This document shows positions 11,724 to 25,217 of a DNA stretch of 64,000 nt, piece by piece. The position numbers and the translations under genes were made by a program. How positions within the stretch are numbered: position 1 is the stretch's first letter; each line of letters begins with the position of its first letter. The notes under the pieces were generated by a model. It had not been told where the DNA came from, ran no database searches, and was given only the letters and a program-made list of their open reading frames with translations. Source of the DNA: Takakia lepidozioides (lineage: Eukaryota; Plantae; Bryophyta); the NCBI GenBank assembly GCA_030704615.1, contig CM060734.1, positions 558,001 through 622,000 of the forward strand, in the 5' to 3' direction.

Positions 11724-12074
11724 GGATTGCCTGAGGTAGGTCTTGAGATTCCAGCATTGGAAAATGTTTGTGGGTTGGAATGAATGAATTACTTTGCAAA
11801 AAAAGGCTTTGCTGTTAATATTCAATTCTCTAGCGGGCGATCTCTTCATTCCAAAATCATGTCCTCCATCCTAAACCATCCACAAACCTTCCATTGTTCC
11901 TCGGCCGGAAAGAATATTAATGTGGGGGCGATGAAGAGGGTTCAAAAAATAAGGACATAGGCGACAACCGATCCGTGGAAATGGGGGGGGGGGCACGGAA
12001 TTAGGGCCTGTACACGTGGATGCTTGCTGACGTGGCGTGAGCCTAGCCAGGCTCACGCGCAAGCATTCCCCGTC

Positions 12075-13509
12075 CACTTATTTGTGGGTGATACGGGATA
12101 GCCTTTCGGTGTTTGATGGAAAATGCTGCCATCATTTCCTCGATGACATCGTTGATGAAGTGAGACCCCCGGTCACTCACTATCTCCTTGGGACATTCAA
12201 ATCTGGATATGATGTAATTCGTAAATGAAGGCCGCTGTCACTTGAGCGCTAGCTTTTTTTACCCCCTTTGCTTTTGCCCACTTGGTCAGATATTCGGTGG
12301 CTACGATGATGTAACGATTTTGGCGACTTGATGCGGGGTGTACTTCCCCTACATAGTCGATCCTCCACTTCTCAAACAGAGCAACATAGAGGGTGGGTAC
12401 TAACGACATTCCAAGCCTATTATCCTTTTTAGCGTACCTCTGGCAGGAGTCACATTTTTGCACATACATGTGTGCATCCTTGAACATGGAGGGCCAGTAG
12501 TATCCTGCCCTTAAAACTTTTTGCACTGTGAGCCGCCCTGCAAAGTGACCTCCGCACATGCTATCATGGGCCGACTCTAAGATATGGGGAGCCTCCTTTG
12601 GAGTGACGCATCGCCTCAAGAGTCCATCCAATCCCCTTCTACAAAGCTGCCCTCCCACCAGGGCAAACTTCATGCTACGCAATCGAAGTCTTCTTCATGC
12701 GTGTAGATCCAATCATGGAGGGTATTCCAGTGTACTCAAGTATTGAGCAATGTGCTCATACTATGGAGGAACCGACTCTTTGGAGAACAGGAATGCATCC
12801 GGAAAATCATTGTCAATAGGCTCGTCCCCTGTCTTCTCTGATAATCGCGAGAGATGGTCGGCTTGAGCATTAAGCCTCCCTGGCTCGTAGACTACCATGT
12901 AGTCAAATTCCTGGAGTAGAATGACCCACCGTGCTATCCTTCCTGTCAAGTCGGGTTTGTTGATCAAATATTGCAGTGCCATGTGATCAACAAAAAATGT
13001 GAATGGGGTCTCTAGTAAATAGTGCCGATATTTCTTTACGGCAAAAATCATCCCCAGAGTCTCCCGCTCTGTGGTGCTGTACCGAGTCTCAGCAAATGTC
13101 AGCTGTCAACCAGCAAAAGATATTGGATGATCATGGCCATCAGCATCTGGTCGACAAATGGCACATCATACTGCCACTATTGAAGCATCAACGTACACAT
13201 GAAAGGGCTTGTTCTAATCTGGAGTTGCCAAAACTGGGGCTGTCACCAAGCATTGCTTGAGCGTCTCAAAGGACTCTCGACACCCTGCATCCCAGGAAAA
13301 TACTTGGTTCTTCTTCAATAAGCGAGTCAGAGGTAATGCCTCGGCTGCATACTTGTCCATAAATTTCCTATACCACCCTGTGTGGCCAAGGAATCCTTTT
13401 GCCTTAGAAGATGTCTCGGGTGCGAAAAGTTTGACTATGGCGCTTACCTTAGCAGGATCTGTCATCACACCATCTCGGGACACGATGTGCTCTACCAACA
13501 GTCCATGTG
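12075..13509 (-). mobile_element. pol: Degenerate pol fragment (RNase H-integrase) of an unrelated Ty3/Gypsy element
   Basis: FLGHTGWYRKF, FFVDHMALQYL, RWVILLQEFD, integrase HHCC (HDSMCGGH...LRAGYYWP...CDSC), core IVATEYLTKW. Confidence 0.88.
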
Positions 13510-13775
13510 TGTCGCGCACCTCACTTTGGTAACTCCCCCTTTAAGTCATAATTACTCGCTTTGATGGGCGCGCCTAACTCCCAAACTGGCCGCCCGGCCA
13601 ACTCGAAGCTTCGGCTGCTCACTGGGGCATAACGGTCCGCCTCACTCCTCCACAAGACCTCCACCACTTTGGGCCTAGTGGAAATTCCCTTTGGTAGTTG
13701 GCAATCCGGAATAGCTTCCCACACCTTGGTCACTTTCCGGCTCGCACGCTTACTCACTAGCTTTTGGTCACCCAA
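13510..13775 (-). mobile_element. End of an element of the same family as the 58049-58752 insertion, cutting the Gypsy pol fragment
   Basis: Starts TGTCGCGCACCT and is a reverse-complement match to about 58505-58752. Confidence 0.75.
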
Positions 13776-14340
13776 CGACGCAATGGCGTGAGCGTACGCT
13801 CACGCAGGAGTGACATGGCGTGAGCGTCATGTCAGCATGCTGATGTGGCGGCAAATGATGATGTGGCACTGTCCGTCATCTGCCACGTCAGCATTAACAT
13901 GCGCCGCCTATAACCGAGGATGGTCCTATGACCGTGGAATTAATGCAGGGAATCTTGCCTAAATAGAATCAAGACTACCATGAGGCCTACAATTGTAGCT
14001 TCCAACATTGTGCAATTACAAATGCTTGTTTCACTTTTACAATTACGAGGACGAGAAAATATCCTCACAAAGTGTGCGCCATAGAGGCTGCCACGGGAAG
14101 ACCTTCCTCCCTCCTCAAATAACAATGAGAGTTAGGATCATCTTCAAAAGATGATTGTAGTGCATAGCGACAGCAAGACATGTAGACTTCGAACGGTGCA
14201 ATGACAAATGTGCTTTTAAAAGTTGCCACTCAGAGCTCACTTAGTATAGTTGGAGGCCATATCATTGCACCGCTAACGAATTGATGTGAATTACACATTT
14301 CAAATCATGGTCGTCCACATACCACATTGCATAGTTGATG

Positions 14341-15477
14341 CTACCCATGTGTTGTATCCCGCTGCAATAGAGTATCGACCTCGTTGAAACTCATAGTGGC
14401 CTGGTGAATGAAGTTGTCACGTTTCGGATCGCAAACCATCCTCTTCAAAAATATGAAATACAAATGTTTGCAGGGTATGAATTTACCTCTCTTGCCCAAA
14501 CTGGTTGATAGCATATTCACAAAATCAGGACATATGCAATTGGGGAAATTGGAAACCATGATGTCGTAGGTCCTGTCATGAACAGCAGATGTGGAAGTGA
14601 TGATTGTGAATACCCGACCATATCCTGGATCGGGTACTTCCGTGGTGCTTCCAACACGAGCTTGGAGCATTCTTGCGGACTCCACTTTGCCAAAGTGTTC
14701 AGCGGTTGGAGGGAAACGCCGAACGAGCTTTCCATCTCGTTTGGTTGGCCACAAGTTAGGATTTGCCGGGGGGACCCGGGAGGACGCAGAAGTAGTAGCA
14801 CATGCATGGAGTTGGGGTTGTCTCGCAAGGGAAAAGCCTGCCTCCTCCAGCATTTCAATCTCTTGAAATCTGAGATGTGTTCCCACCTTCACGGGCCAAA
14901 CGGTTGGAGGAGATGGCTTCATCACTACGGAAGGACGCACAGTTCCATGCACACATCTGGCACAATCATCTGCGCAGAACCAGAACTTGTGGTTCTTGGC
15001 TTCTGGTTGACCGTATGGACGCATCAAACCCGTGAAAGTCGGAGCAGGAGTTCGAGCACCACCTTTGGATATAGATGAAGTGCACTTATCAAAATTAGTT
15101 GCCCTGATCGCTATACATTTCACACGAGACCCTACACTTGTGCGTTCTATGTGCCAAATGTGGTCGGGGCATGCGGACTCAAGCACATCAAGGGGGTTGT
15201 TTCTCTCCTGCACCATTTCAGTGGCACTGTTTGATGCTGGAGCTTGCCGTCGTGTTGGAGGTTCCTCCACAATGGAGGTTCCGGACATGGAGCTGTCATG
15301 CAGGGGAACACGAGGCTTCGAGAAGTTATCACGGTCTGCCCTGTGTGAATCGGAATCCGAACCAGGTGGAGTGCTCAATTTCCTCTTACAGGAGCCGAAT
15401 CTCTCCTCCCCTTCACGATGTGGAACTCTAGAAACAAGTGGCGTTCCCTGAATGCTAGATCGTGAGCTTGGCAACAT
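14341..15477 (-). CDS. SWIM zinc-finger protein, probably from a DNA transposon (start uncertain)
   Basis: Open 378-aa frame with a C-terminal SWIM signature YDIMVSNFPNCICPDF...PCKHLYFIF, plus a FWFCADDCARC Cys cluster. Confidence 0.65.
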   Translation of the reverse strand: MLPSSRSSIQGTPLVSRVPHREGEERFGSCKRKLSTPPGSDSDSHRADRDNFSKPRVPLHDSSMSGTSIVEEPPTRRQAPASNSATEMVQERNNPLDVLESACPDHIWHIERTSVGSRVKCIAIRATNFDKCTSSISKGGARTPAPTFTGLMRPYGQPEAKNHKFWFCADDCARCVHGTVRPSVVMKPSPPTVWPVKVGTHLRFQEIEMLEEAGFSLARQPQLHACATTSASSRVPPANPNLWPTKRDGKLVRRFPPTAEHFGKVESARMLQARVGSTTEVPDPGYGRVFTIITSTSAVHDRTYDIMVSNFPNCICPDFVNMLSTSLGKRGKFIPCKHLYFIFLKRMVCDPKRDNFIHQATMSFNEVDTLLQRDTTHG

Positions 15478-15939
15478 GAGCCTATGAGCCCGTGAGCCTG
15501 CACAAGCTCACGTGAGCCCAACAGGAAAGGCCCTATGACCGCGAGAAGTAGACCTATAACCGCGGAAATCTGACCTATTTTGTGGGAAAATTGATCTATT
15601 ACCGATCTTTGTCTTAAATGCAATTGCATGCACTCTATTGATGACGTGAACTCGCGGTCTATTAGCCTAAGCTTAGATATGAGGAACTTTGTCCATAGCT
15701 GAGTAGCCAACATTTCAAAGAAGCTTCCAATATAGAAGTTTGGTGACAAAGACTGTCCAATTGTGGTGCAGACATATATCACCATGGTGAACCATTTGCT
15801 AAAAAATGATGTCTATCCAATAAGCAAGTGCAACAATCTAGACGGGCAGGCACAGGTTAAGCACAGACAAAGACGGGCGGCCCTGTCGCCATACGAGAAG
15901 AAGAGAGTTCTCTCCCCCTCGCCTTCAGGCCCGTATCCC

Positions 15940-17870
15940 CCAATCAATGTCCCCTTCTAGAGGGAGGGGCTCAGCAACATGCTCCCATGGAATCGCCTTC
16001 TCAGGCCTTCACCTCCAAAGAAGGATTGGAGAATGCCATACTCTTTTAGGAGCCCGTGGATAAGGATTACCCCCTTATCACTATGGATATTCAGAGTCTC
16101 AACAAATGGGTTTCAAGTATGGAGGAATGTGGAATTTTGGTTCACTTCCCCGGTAAGAAAGTGGATCAAGCGTTCGTAAGGGACTGGACGATCAGGAATC
16201 TAGGAGGCTAGAGTGAGCTCAAGCAGTAGTTCTGCCACACTAAAGGAAGAGGATTCTTCTCTATAGTTTTCAAGACTCAAGAGGCGGCATCCCAAGCTCT
16301 GCAACTCTAATATTCCCACTTACTTGGGTTTTAACCTCAATATTTTCCCATGGTCTTCCAAGATGGGGAACCGTAATGGTAAATTGTGGGGTCCCATAAT
16401 CATCTCTGTACCCTTCATTCCGGATCAATATCTAGTCAATCTTCCTGATATAGCAAACCATTTTGGGTTTTATTCAGGTTGTCTGGCTGTTTTGTATCCT
16501 CACATGTGCAGACATGAGAACTTGCGTCAGGACTTTGCTTGGAAAGACGTTACAATTGCCTCAAAACTTCATGAATCAGGATGTGTGGAAATTGTCATTA
16601 TGATGCCACAAGAGGCTTCTCTTCCAGATTTCATAAGGCTTCCCATAGACGAGGATGACAACTTCTATTCTATCAGGCTCATCAAAGATACTACAGCTTC
16701 CACAGCGTTTTAATGTGGGTGCGTTGGCCACATTAAAGCAGATTGTCCTTACAGCAAAAGGAAGAGATATCCTGCAATGAAGATCTAGCGGCTCCCACTC
16801 CGTTGGCACCACAACAGTACAACCCTCTTCACAAGGTCAAGATGACCCATTGCGGGAATAGTGCTCTCCACGGTGAAGGGTCCTCATCACGTATTCCTGC
16901 TCTGGTGCCTTTGATTCTAATTCCGCGGAGGGGCTTCCGAGTTTTGTGGAGTGGATTTCCAGCAGAGGACCGCATATCTGCATTGGGAGACCTTCTTCCC
17001 AACCAACCTCAACTCTGAGTTAAGATTCCACAGTTCACGACAGTCATCTCAATGATATTGATGTCATTTAGTTCAGTCCTACACCGAGGGCTGCTAAAAA
17101 GCAACGTGATTCCATGGACCCAATGTGGCTCGAGGCGGGCTGCTAGGCTCCAACATTCACTAAAGGCAAGACCAAGGTTCATAAGTAGAGGTCCCCTCCA
17201 TCATCCCCTTCTCCACTCTACATCAAAGGGATCAACAAGCCAAACTCTTGGTTTAGCAACCCTAATATGATCACAAACATTGCAAGTAATCCTACGATTG
17301 CCAAGATTTGCTTGAGGCAAAAAACATTCCCTCTCCTTTCCCTCCCCGGATGCTCGTATCTGGATTCAACTGCTGATCAGAGCTTCTTGCGTAACCCCTA
17401 TGATCTTCCAAGGAGACCGTCCGCCCTCTCTCCTCATCAGGGGAAGACATGGAGGGAATGGAATCCCTATGGGTCACCACCAAAGATGTCAAGCATTCAT
17501 CGCCACCTGTCCACCCAATAGCAGCCCTGAGCCCATGTTAAAAATGAAGATTGAAGAATTCTTTCGGACCAATCTCCCCTACTACCAGCTGGCTCCCACT
17601 TCCAAAGTCACATGGGGTACTTCCTTGGAAGACCACCTTGGTCTTAGCTGCTCAACCTCTACCCAGATTCTGGCAGTTATCGAGGAGGCGGATGTCTACC
17701 TCACCCCACCTCCTTTGGGGGTCAGATGGATTCAGGAAATGTTCTCGCTAGACCCTAGGGCACACTACGACTTCAAATCGGAGATCGGGACACAATTCTT
17801 AATGGTTTTGCACTACTGGCAACACTTCTGGACTTGCAAATTGATGAGGAAAACCATAGGAATGAGCTTC
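15940..17870 (+). mobile_element. Highly degenerate L1-type LINE relic
   Basis: DUF4283-like GRGFFSIVFKTQEAA (about 16245), decayed knuckle GHIKADC (about 16725), many stops. Confidence 0.5.
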
Positions 17871-18382
17871 AACGGGAGACCTCCCGTCCTCCATTTAATT
17901 ATTTGAATCTTTGTTTTGAGATGAACATGCTTACAATGATGATGGGTTGAAAGTGTGAGTTGGCAGAAGTCCATTGAATATCTTTTCCATTGAACATCCC
18001 TATCCATTGAGCATAGGGACTAGAACAGATGATCTAGTGGAGATCTCCCTTCCTAGCTTTGACGGGAGACCTCCCGTCCTTCATTTAATTATTCATATCT
18101 CCGTTTTGAGACTAGACTGGCACGACACAATACTGATACCCAGATGATTAGAAGCATTTATTAGAGGACTTTCCCGAGTGCCTCCATATTCTTACAAAGT
18201 GATCCACAAGACTTTAGGTAACACACTGGCGATGTTATCTAAGATCTTGCAGATCACTTTGTAAGTATGGCAATGCACATACATGAAGTATGTCTCTGCT
18301 TTTGAATGCTCTTGCATTGCTTCAAACGATGATGGGTTGAAAGTGTGTGTTGGCAGAAGTCTATTGATGGGAGATCTCCCGT
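17871..18382. repeat. Repeat with GGGAGAYCTCCC palindromes; left part of the CACTA target
   Basis: Palindromes at about 17873, 18062 and 18368. GGTTGAAAGTGTG(A/T)GTTGGCAGAAGTC at about 17945 and 18335, and again at about 27982. Confidence 0.7.
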
Positions 18383-20249
18383 CACTACAACAAAAATCGG
18401 TTTTTTCCATGGTATGGGCGTCTCACACCTGTCACATTCCACGGCTTTTCTCGCGGCTTTGTGGATTGAGCCAAGGTGTGGGTCAAAATATGGCCTAAGT
18501 GTGGGGGTGTCCCACATGTTTACCACACCCCAGGCAAGAACGGTGTGAAAACAACCATGAGCGTGGCAGGGGTTGGCTTAGTTTACATAGAATGTTACAC
18601 ACCTGTGTAAAATGGGAACAAAGAATTTCCAGATTGTGGTGTATGGGGGACTGTGAGTACTGCTCTACAAACAGAATAAATTATGAACCAATATGGCCCT
18701 CGGAAAATGATCATGAGCTTCATGTTCATGTTCAGAACTCTATTATATATTCCACGTAATTATGTGAAGGTATTTTTAACTTAAATAATTCACATGTTAT
18801 TGTTCGTTGGGATATCCGTCCCTGTCCGCAGTGAGGTAAGCCTTATGGCAGCCTGAGGGCATCAAGGGTTTTAATGTTTTCCCCCTTCAATAATTCTAAT
18901 AAAATCCTACCAGGGATCTCTCCCTGTTCAGCGAAAAAAATAAAAATCACATAATGACATGGAATACATAATTATTTTATATAGTGCTGGGGTGCAAAAA
19001 GTTCAAAAGTTGCCTCGAATTTAGGGTTGCTAGCTCGCAGTGTACAGGGCTGGGACTTACTGTTTTTGGGGGCTTCTGCGTCTTCTTAGTGCCAAAGCAT
19101 CGTCGATCACAGCATCTTAAGCAGAGATCTTTGAGTTGAATCACTCCTGCTTCCACAGCAGAAGCAGCAGTCCAGGTTGGATTATCTGAGCTTTAGTGTG
19201 ATCCAGAAGTAAGTCTTGAAAGTGCACGGTTCTTGTTTGTACATGGAGAAGAGGTCTGTCACGTCAAGGAGGAGAATAGTCCCCTGCTTGAGGAGGAGGG
19301 CAAGGTCGGCGCTCATGGTTGCCATCACTCTCATAAGAAGCAGCCCGTGCTGAAGAACAAGTGGTAGGGCAGCGCGAGAGCATGACGATGATACTCCCGG
19401 TGTGGGAGCTAATCTTTTGGGCAGCATGCACCTGAGCGCAACCAGGATGCCATTGCTTACGTTGGAAACCTGGATTCCCAGGTGTTGCTTTCGTTCCCTT
19501 CTATTTCATTTCTCGTGCAAAATGTACTCGGGTAATTTCACTGGGGTTTGGGTTTGGGCCAGTATGGGAAAATGGCATTGATCCTGGGTATCATCCGTTT
19601 TAATGGGCTTTCTGTGGGGAGGGTAGCAATTATGACCATGAGCCATTAAGCTGAATGTTGTCCGCAGCCATGGACCCTGGTCGTGAGACCTCCATTGGAG
19701 TTGGTGGGGGGTTCCCTGTTCGTCAAATGGGATCTGTTTTTAAAAAAAAAAATCTTTCCGCTCTCTAACAAGAACGAAGGTGGGCAGGGAGCCTGATGGA
19801 AACTGAGTATGTTTCTTTCATGCATTTAGAAGCCTGGTGTCATATGTGCTGATTCAATGCCCGCATATAGAATCACTTGAAGGAATTGTTACTTCCTGTA
19901 GTTTCCTCTCAACCACATCTCGTTGATGTCTTCAGAAGCTGGTAGGCATGGCAGAGCATAAGGTGAAGAAGCAGCTCTGCCTGTGAACTGTATGGTTTAA
20001 CAGTCAAAGCCCTAAACCCTGAACATCTCAGGAAGTGAACGCAACCTGGTAGCCATTTGTTTTGGTTGGGACAAAAAAATTCTGTCACTGTGTAATTCTC
20101 TCTGCGAGGTTTGCTGATGATAAATGTGGTCCTTAACACAAATACAATGGATGGTGGGTATCAATCTGCAGAATTCAAGTTTATTCAAGTCCCTTCACTA
20201 ATTCCCGTTCCTGCATGGTTGTGACTTTGTTTGGGCATGCTGGGTGCAG

Positions 20250-20338
20250 TGAACGCGTATGTGCCAAAAGATAGAGTCACCAATCTTCACTAGGGCTATG
20301 GCTTCGTGGAGTTTTGTAGTGATGATGATGCGGATTAT
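20250..20338 (+). pseudogene. SF3B4: Captured exon of splicing factor SF3B4/SAP49 (RRM1)
   Basis: [28 protein letters not shown], flanked by TGCAG acceptor and GTGAG donor. In-frame TAG where Gln is expected. Confidence 0.8.
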
Positions 20339-20688
20339 GTGAGCATGTCCTTAACACTCCCATGAATTTGCTTTGAAGATGAAGAAACCGACCATCCTTA
20401 GAATCTCATGTAGGTGCAAAGTGATTTGAAATCAGAGAGGACCAAACAAGGGACTTATTTGATAGTGGATTGCAGAAGAGGCACAATTGATAAAATCAAG
20501 CACTGCTAATGAAGGCTCCTTCTTCAACACATTTCACCCTGTTTTTGCCTCTTATCAAAATTGACCCTAAATTTCCATGTTGAATTTTGCAAGTTAGCTG
20601 GTTGAGTGAATCTAGTATGGAGTGACTTTGACATGATACTGCCAATGTGACAATAGGAAAGTATCCAAAAACAGGTAATAGATTGTAC

Positions 20689-23600
20689 TCATAAGACGTT
20701 GTTTGCCGTAGCCTTGTGGCCATTGACCCCGCGCCCAGTTTGAGCGGGAACAAAAGGGACAGAACCTACCTCTGTCAGGGGCTGACGTTGGTAGTAAGAC
20801 TTACCTCCATATAAAGAATTAATCCGGGTTTTCCAGATATCCTCTAGAAATCCCTTCACACAAGCATCAATCTGCTGTGTGTGATTTGCCCAAAAACTAG
20901 GCCTCAGGAGGGCCTGGGCTTTTGGCTCAGCCTCGAGACTTTCAAAGTTGGTAAACAGGGGTACAGGCACAATTCCCTTAATAGATTTGAAGAGAGCGTC
21001 TCTTTGGTGAGAGAACCCCGGACAGTGTATCAGAAAATGAATACTGTCTTCAGATTGCCCACACGACGGGCAATTGCACTCTCCCTTTCCTCTCTGCTTC
21101 TGTTTGCTGTTCAAAGGTAGGCTTCCTGCCCTGAGTTTAAATTTCAGTCTAGTGCCGAGAGTGGGTAGACCCTTGAGGTCATCCAAGATGTCCTCCCCCA
21201 CGTCACAGACTGGAAACAAGTTCAGGGAAGTTTTCTGCCTAACTTCATTTTCATCAGACAATCTCATGGCAACAGACATGGCTGAGGACACGACAGCCTC
21301 TAAGTCAGATTTATCCAGCAGGGTCAAGACTTGCGGATCCAGGTCCAGGTCCTTGAGGATCTCTTCTACTCTCTTCTGCCAGGACTTAGCCTGTTTGACA
21401 GGGCGGTCCTGTTTCCAAGATATAGAGTCGATTAACTTAGGATATCTGGTGTTGGGCATATGTTGCAGCTGACCCCACCATCTGACCTTGAATTCATCTC
21501 GTCGGGAGCTTAAGGACGGAATGCCAAACTCACCCCGAACAGCCACATTGGCTGTTTTGGAGCATGCTGACATACACTCCTTAAGCACCCCCACTTGAAT
21601 GGATTCTAGAGACTTAGCCTGGTTGGAGTTATCAACCCATATAGCAGATCCGTACTCCAAGGCAGGTCTAATAATGCGACAAAGCATGGTTTTCTTGACC
21701 TCAGAGTTGACCCCTCTGCAGTGGAAAAATTTAGTGAGCCCCAGAGCTTTGCCCTTGCCAGTTTGAACAACTTTCCGGATATGTGCATCCCAATTACAAT
21801 TGGAGGAGAACTCAACGCCCAGGTAAGTGTAGGAAGGGAGGACCGGGATCTCTTGGCTACCCCACTGCCACTTAAGATCACTTCCTCCCTCTCCTCTGTC
21901 GTTGAATGCTACCACTGCACATTTGCTGACATTAGCCTCTAGCCCCCAAAGATCAAAGTATCTCTTCGCGCAATCAATCAACTCCTGGAGATTGGTTGGA
22001 GTCTCCCCTATGCCTGCGAAGTCATCCGCAAACATAAGGGCTGGTATGGTGGTATCACCCACCCTTAACCCAAATCCCTCACTTTCCACATCCTCGAGGA
22101 GTTGATTGATGAAAACATTGAAGAGCAGAGGGGAGAGAGTACATCCTTGAGCTACACCTTGGTCTATGTCAAAGAAGTTGGACTTCTGTCCGTTAACAGT
22201 GACACAGCTTTTGGTGTGAGCATACAAGTTGTGGACAACTCTCCACATCTTTCCCTTGATCCCACAAGACCAGAGGCGTACCATAGGCCATCTCTCCACA
22301 CTGTGTCATAAGCCTTTTTGACATCCAGGAAAAAGACATAAGTGGGTTTCCCTTCTTTTTTCCTTCCCTGGATAATCTGGCTTAGAGTGAAGATATGATC
22401 CACACAGCCCCTGTTTCGCCGAAAGCCAGCTTGGCCTTCGTGGAAACAACTTCTAGACTCCAGATCAACCTCGAGACGAGTACTTATAACTCTGCAGAAT
22501 GTCTTGCCAACAGCATTGAGGAGCGTGATGCCACGGTAGTTCCCCGGTTCTTCTCTGTCACCCTTCTTGTATAGATTGACAATGACCCCCTTTCGCCAGC
22601 GAAAGGGGATCATTTCAGTCTTCCAGATAAGGTTAAAGAGGAGAACTAGGGCCTCTATCATGGGATCGCCACCGTGCTTGATAAGCTCGTTGACAATACC
22701 ATCAGGTCCACCAGCTTTATATCCATTTAAATGTTCAATTGCTTCCACAATCTCAGAAGAACTAATGGGAGCATTATAAGCCATTGAAATATACTCCAGT
22801 TCATCAGGGCTGTTTTGAATCATAGGAACAGTTTTTCCAACTGTGTCCCTCCATTCAGCAGAAGACCCCTCACTGTTAGACCTAGAAGTTCTGCCAAGGA
22901 TACTGTAGTGAGTTTCAAAGGTTTTGACAATGTCAACCGATGAAGTCACCACTGCACCTTTAGTAGTCTTCAGCGCTTGTACTTGCTGACCGTTTTTCGG
23001 TTTGTACAAACGTTGAAGGGCCAACCAGAATTTCTTGTCATTACCACCATGGTAGTTTGAGTTTATTTCACTGTATAACTTGTCCCAGTATAATTTCTTC
23101 TGAGACCTAACAAGCTGATTGATATCTTTACGGAGCTGGTAGTACCTCGCCCACAATTCTCTGTTGGTTTCCAAATTGCAGCACTCTTTATAGAGGGCTC
23201 GTCTCTCAGCTATCTTGAGTTTAATCTCATTAGTCCACCAATTAACTGCTCTACCGCAGACAATTAGTTTCCTCCCAATGATCTTGTCAGCCACGGAGGA
23301 AACGAAACTCTCCCAAGAGTCCACTGCTCTTTCGACTTCATTTCTTGCGTTAACAGAGCATGACTGAAGTTCTTGGAGCGATTGGACAAAATGAGGGAGA
23401 GCCTCTTGCAAGGCCTGGATGTACTCAGCCTTGACCTCCTCATTGTGGAATTTTTCTATGCGCCACTTCCGAATCGAACGTTTCACAGATCTCTTGGTGG
23501 TGGGAAAACACCTTTTGATCTCAGTCCAAACCAGGAAGTGGTCAGAGGTACCAATATCAGTTCTGTCGATCAACACATTGGCACACTGGGGGAACAAAAT

Positions 23601-25217
23601 TTTGTCCATTATGATATAGTCCACAATGGAACGTTCCCCAGTTTGGGGTTTCTCACGAGTCCACTGCACTTGGTCACCTCTTGTCCTGTTATTCAAGGTC
23701 AAAAGCTGAAGCTCTTCTAGACAGTTAATTAACCGTCTGCCATTAGAATTCAGCTCGTCCTCACCAAAAGGTCCAATGATATCGTCCTGATGGATCCCTT
23801 TGCCCACCCGGGCATTGAAGTCCCCCAATAGTACCACCTGACCTTTGGCAAGGAACGAAGCACAGTCCAGCTTTACATCTTCGAAGGCCTTGTCTGCATC
23901 AGCACTAAGGGTCCCCTCTGTGGGCATGTAAACACAACCAACAAAGAGGTCCTTTGTACTCATGCCGCCCTTCAAATTCAGTTTTAGCCAGATACTATGC
24001 TCGTACCTCAAACCCTTGTTGATAATTTCACAATTGTCAAACAAGAAATCACGGACAAAGAATCCGACCCCTTTTTGACCGCGTTTGGCAGAGGCTGCCT
24101 TGAGAGTACACATCTTACCTGCCCATTTATAACCAATGACATCTCCAACCAGTTTATCCGACGTTTCCCATGTTTCTTGCCCAGCACAGATATGAATATC
24201 ATTAGTCCGAAGAACTTGTCCCACTTCAAGTTGTTTCCTTTGGTTGGTCAACCCTGAGAAGTTGAAAGTGGCCAGCCGCAAGCCAGCCCTTTGCGTGTGA
24301 ATTGTTTGTCGTCTAGGTAGCTTGTGATTGCTCCTGGACGGCCAACCGTTCTGCAAAGGGGGGACAGTTACCCCATGTGTAGATTTTGCTTGTCTTGTGT
24401 AAACTTTGAGAATTGGTAAACCATTCAGGGTACCAAATCTTTCAGTTACACGACGCACAGGCTCCGCACACATAGGGGCAGATTGTCCGTCAGACTGCTT
24501 GGGGACAATTACCCCGTGTATAGATTTTGCTCGTCTTGTGTAGACTTTGAGGATTGGTAAACCATTTAGAGTACCAAATCCTTCAGGCTCTGCACACTTA
24601 GAGACAGATTGTCCATCTGACGGCTTGGGGACAATTACCCCGTGTATAGAATTTGTTCGTCTTGTGTAAACCTTGAGGATTGGTAAACCATTCAGAGTAC
24701 CAAATCCTTCAGATTCAGGACGTTCAGGTTCTGTACACTTAGGGGCATCTTGTCCTTCTGGCTGTTTGGATTCAACCTCATCCAGAGCATCAAACCGATT
24801 AGAAACTCTCAAGTTGAAGTTGTTGCCCTTGGTTGTCTTCCTAGAGCGCCCCATTGAATCACCAATGTCTAAGACCGCTCTCCAGCCAGTCAAGGGACGA
24901 ACTTCTTTGAGATTGAATTGATGCGGGACTCTATTAGAAGCACTTTTGGTCATTGCAACCTTCAACGTACCCCTGTTATCAAGTCTCGAGATGGTACCAT
25001 TAGCCATGAAATCCAAGCCTAAGCTAGAGCATGTAGTTTTAAAGGACACATCGTCCATCCTGGGATTCACCCCAAAAACTACACATGAAGCCCTAGATTT
25101 GGCATAAGTAACCAATTCCCAGGGATCACCCTGAGGAGTGTTGATGTTGATAGGAGCTAAATTTTTGATTGTTTTCGCAGGCCATAAGTTTAAGCACAGG
25201 AACCAACCCGAGCCCAA
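20689..25217 (-). CDS. LINE-A polyprotein (APE endonuclease, RT, C-terminal CCHC), with one frameshift at about 22278
   Basis: GDFNARVG, SDH, YRGITLL, QAGFR, QGCTLSP, FADD, CPSC..EDSIHFLIHC. The frame is continuous at this site in copy 2. Confidence 0.88.
24350..24745 (-). repeat. Three in-frame repeats of about 41-44 aa (FGTLNGLPILKVYTR...HGV.VP) upstream of the LINE-A endonuclease
   Basis: Visible in both the protein and the DNA. Confidence 0.85.
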
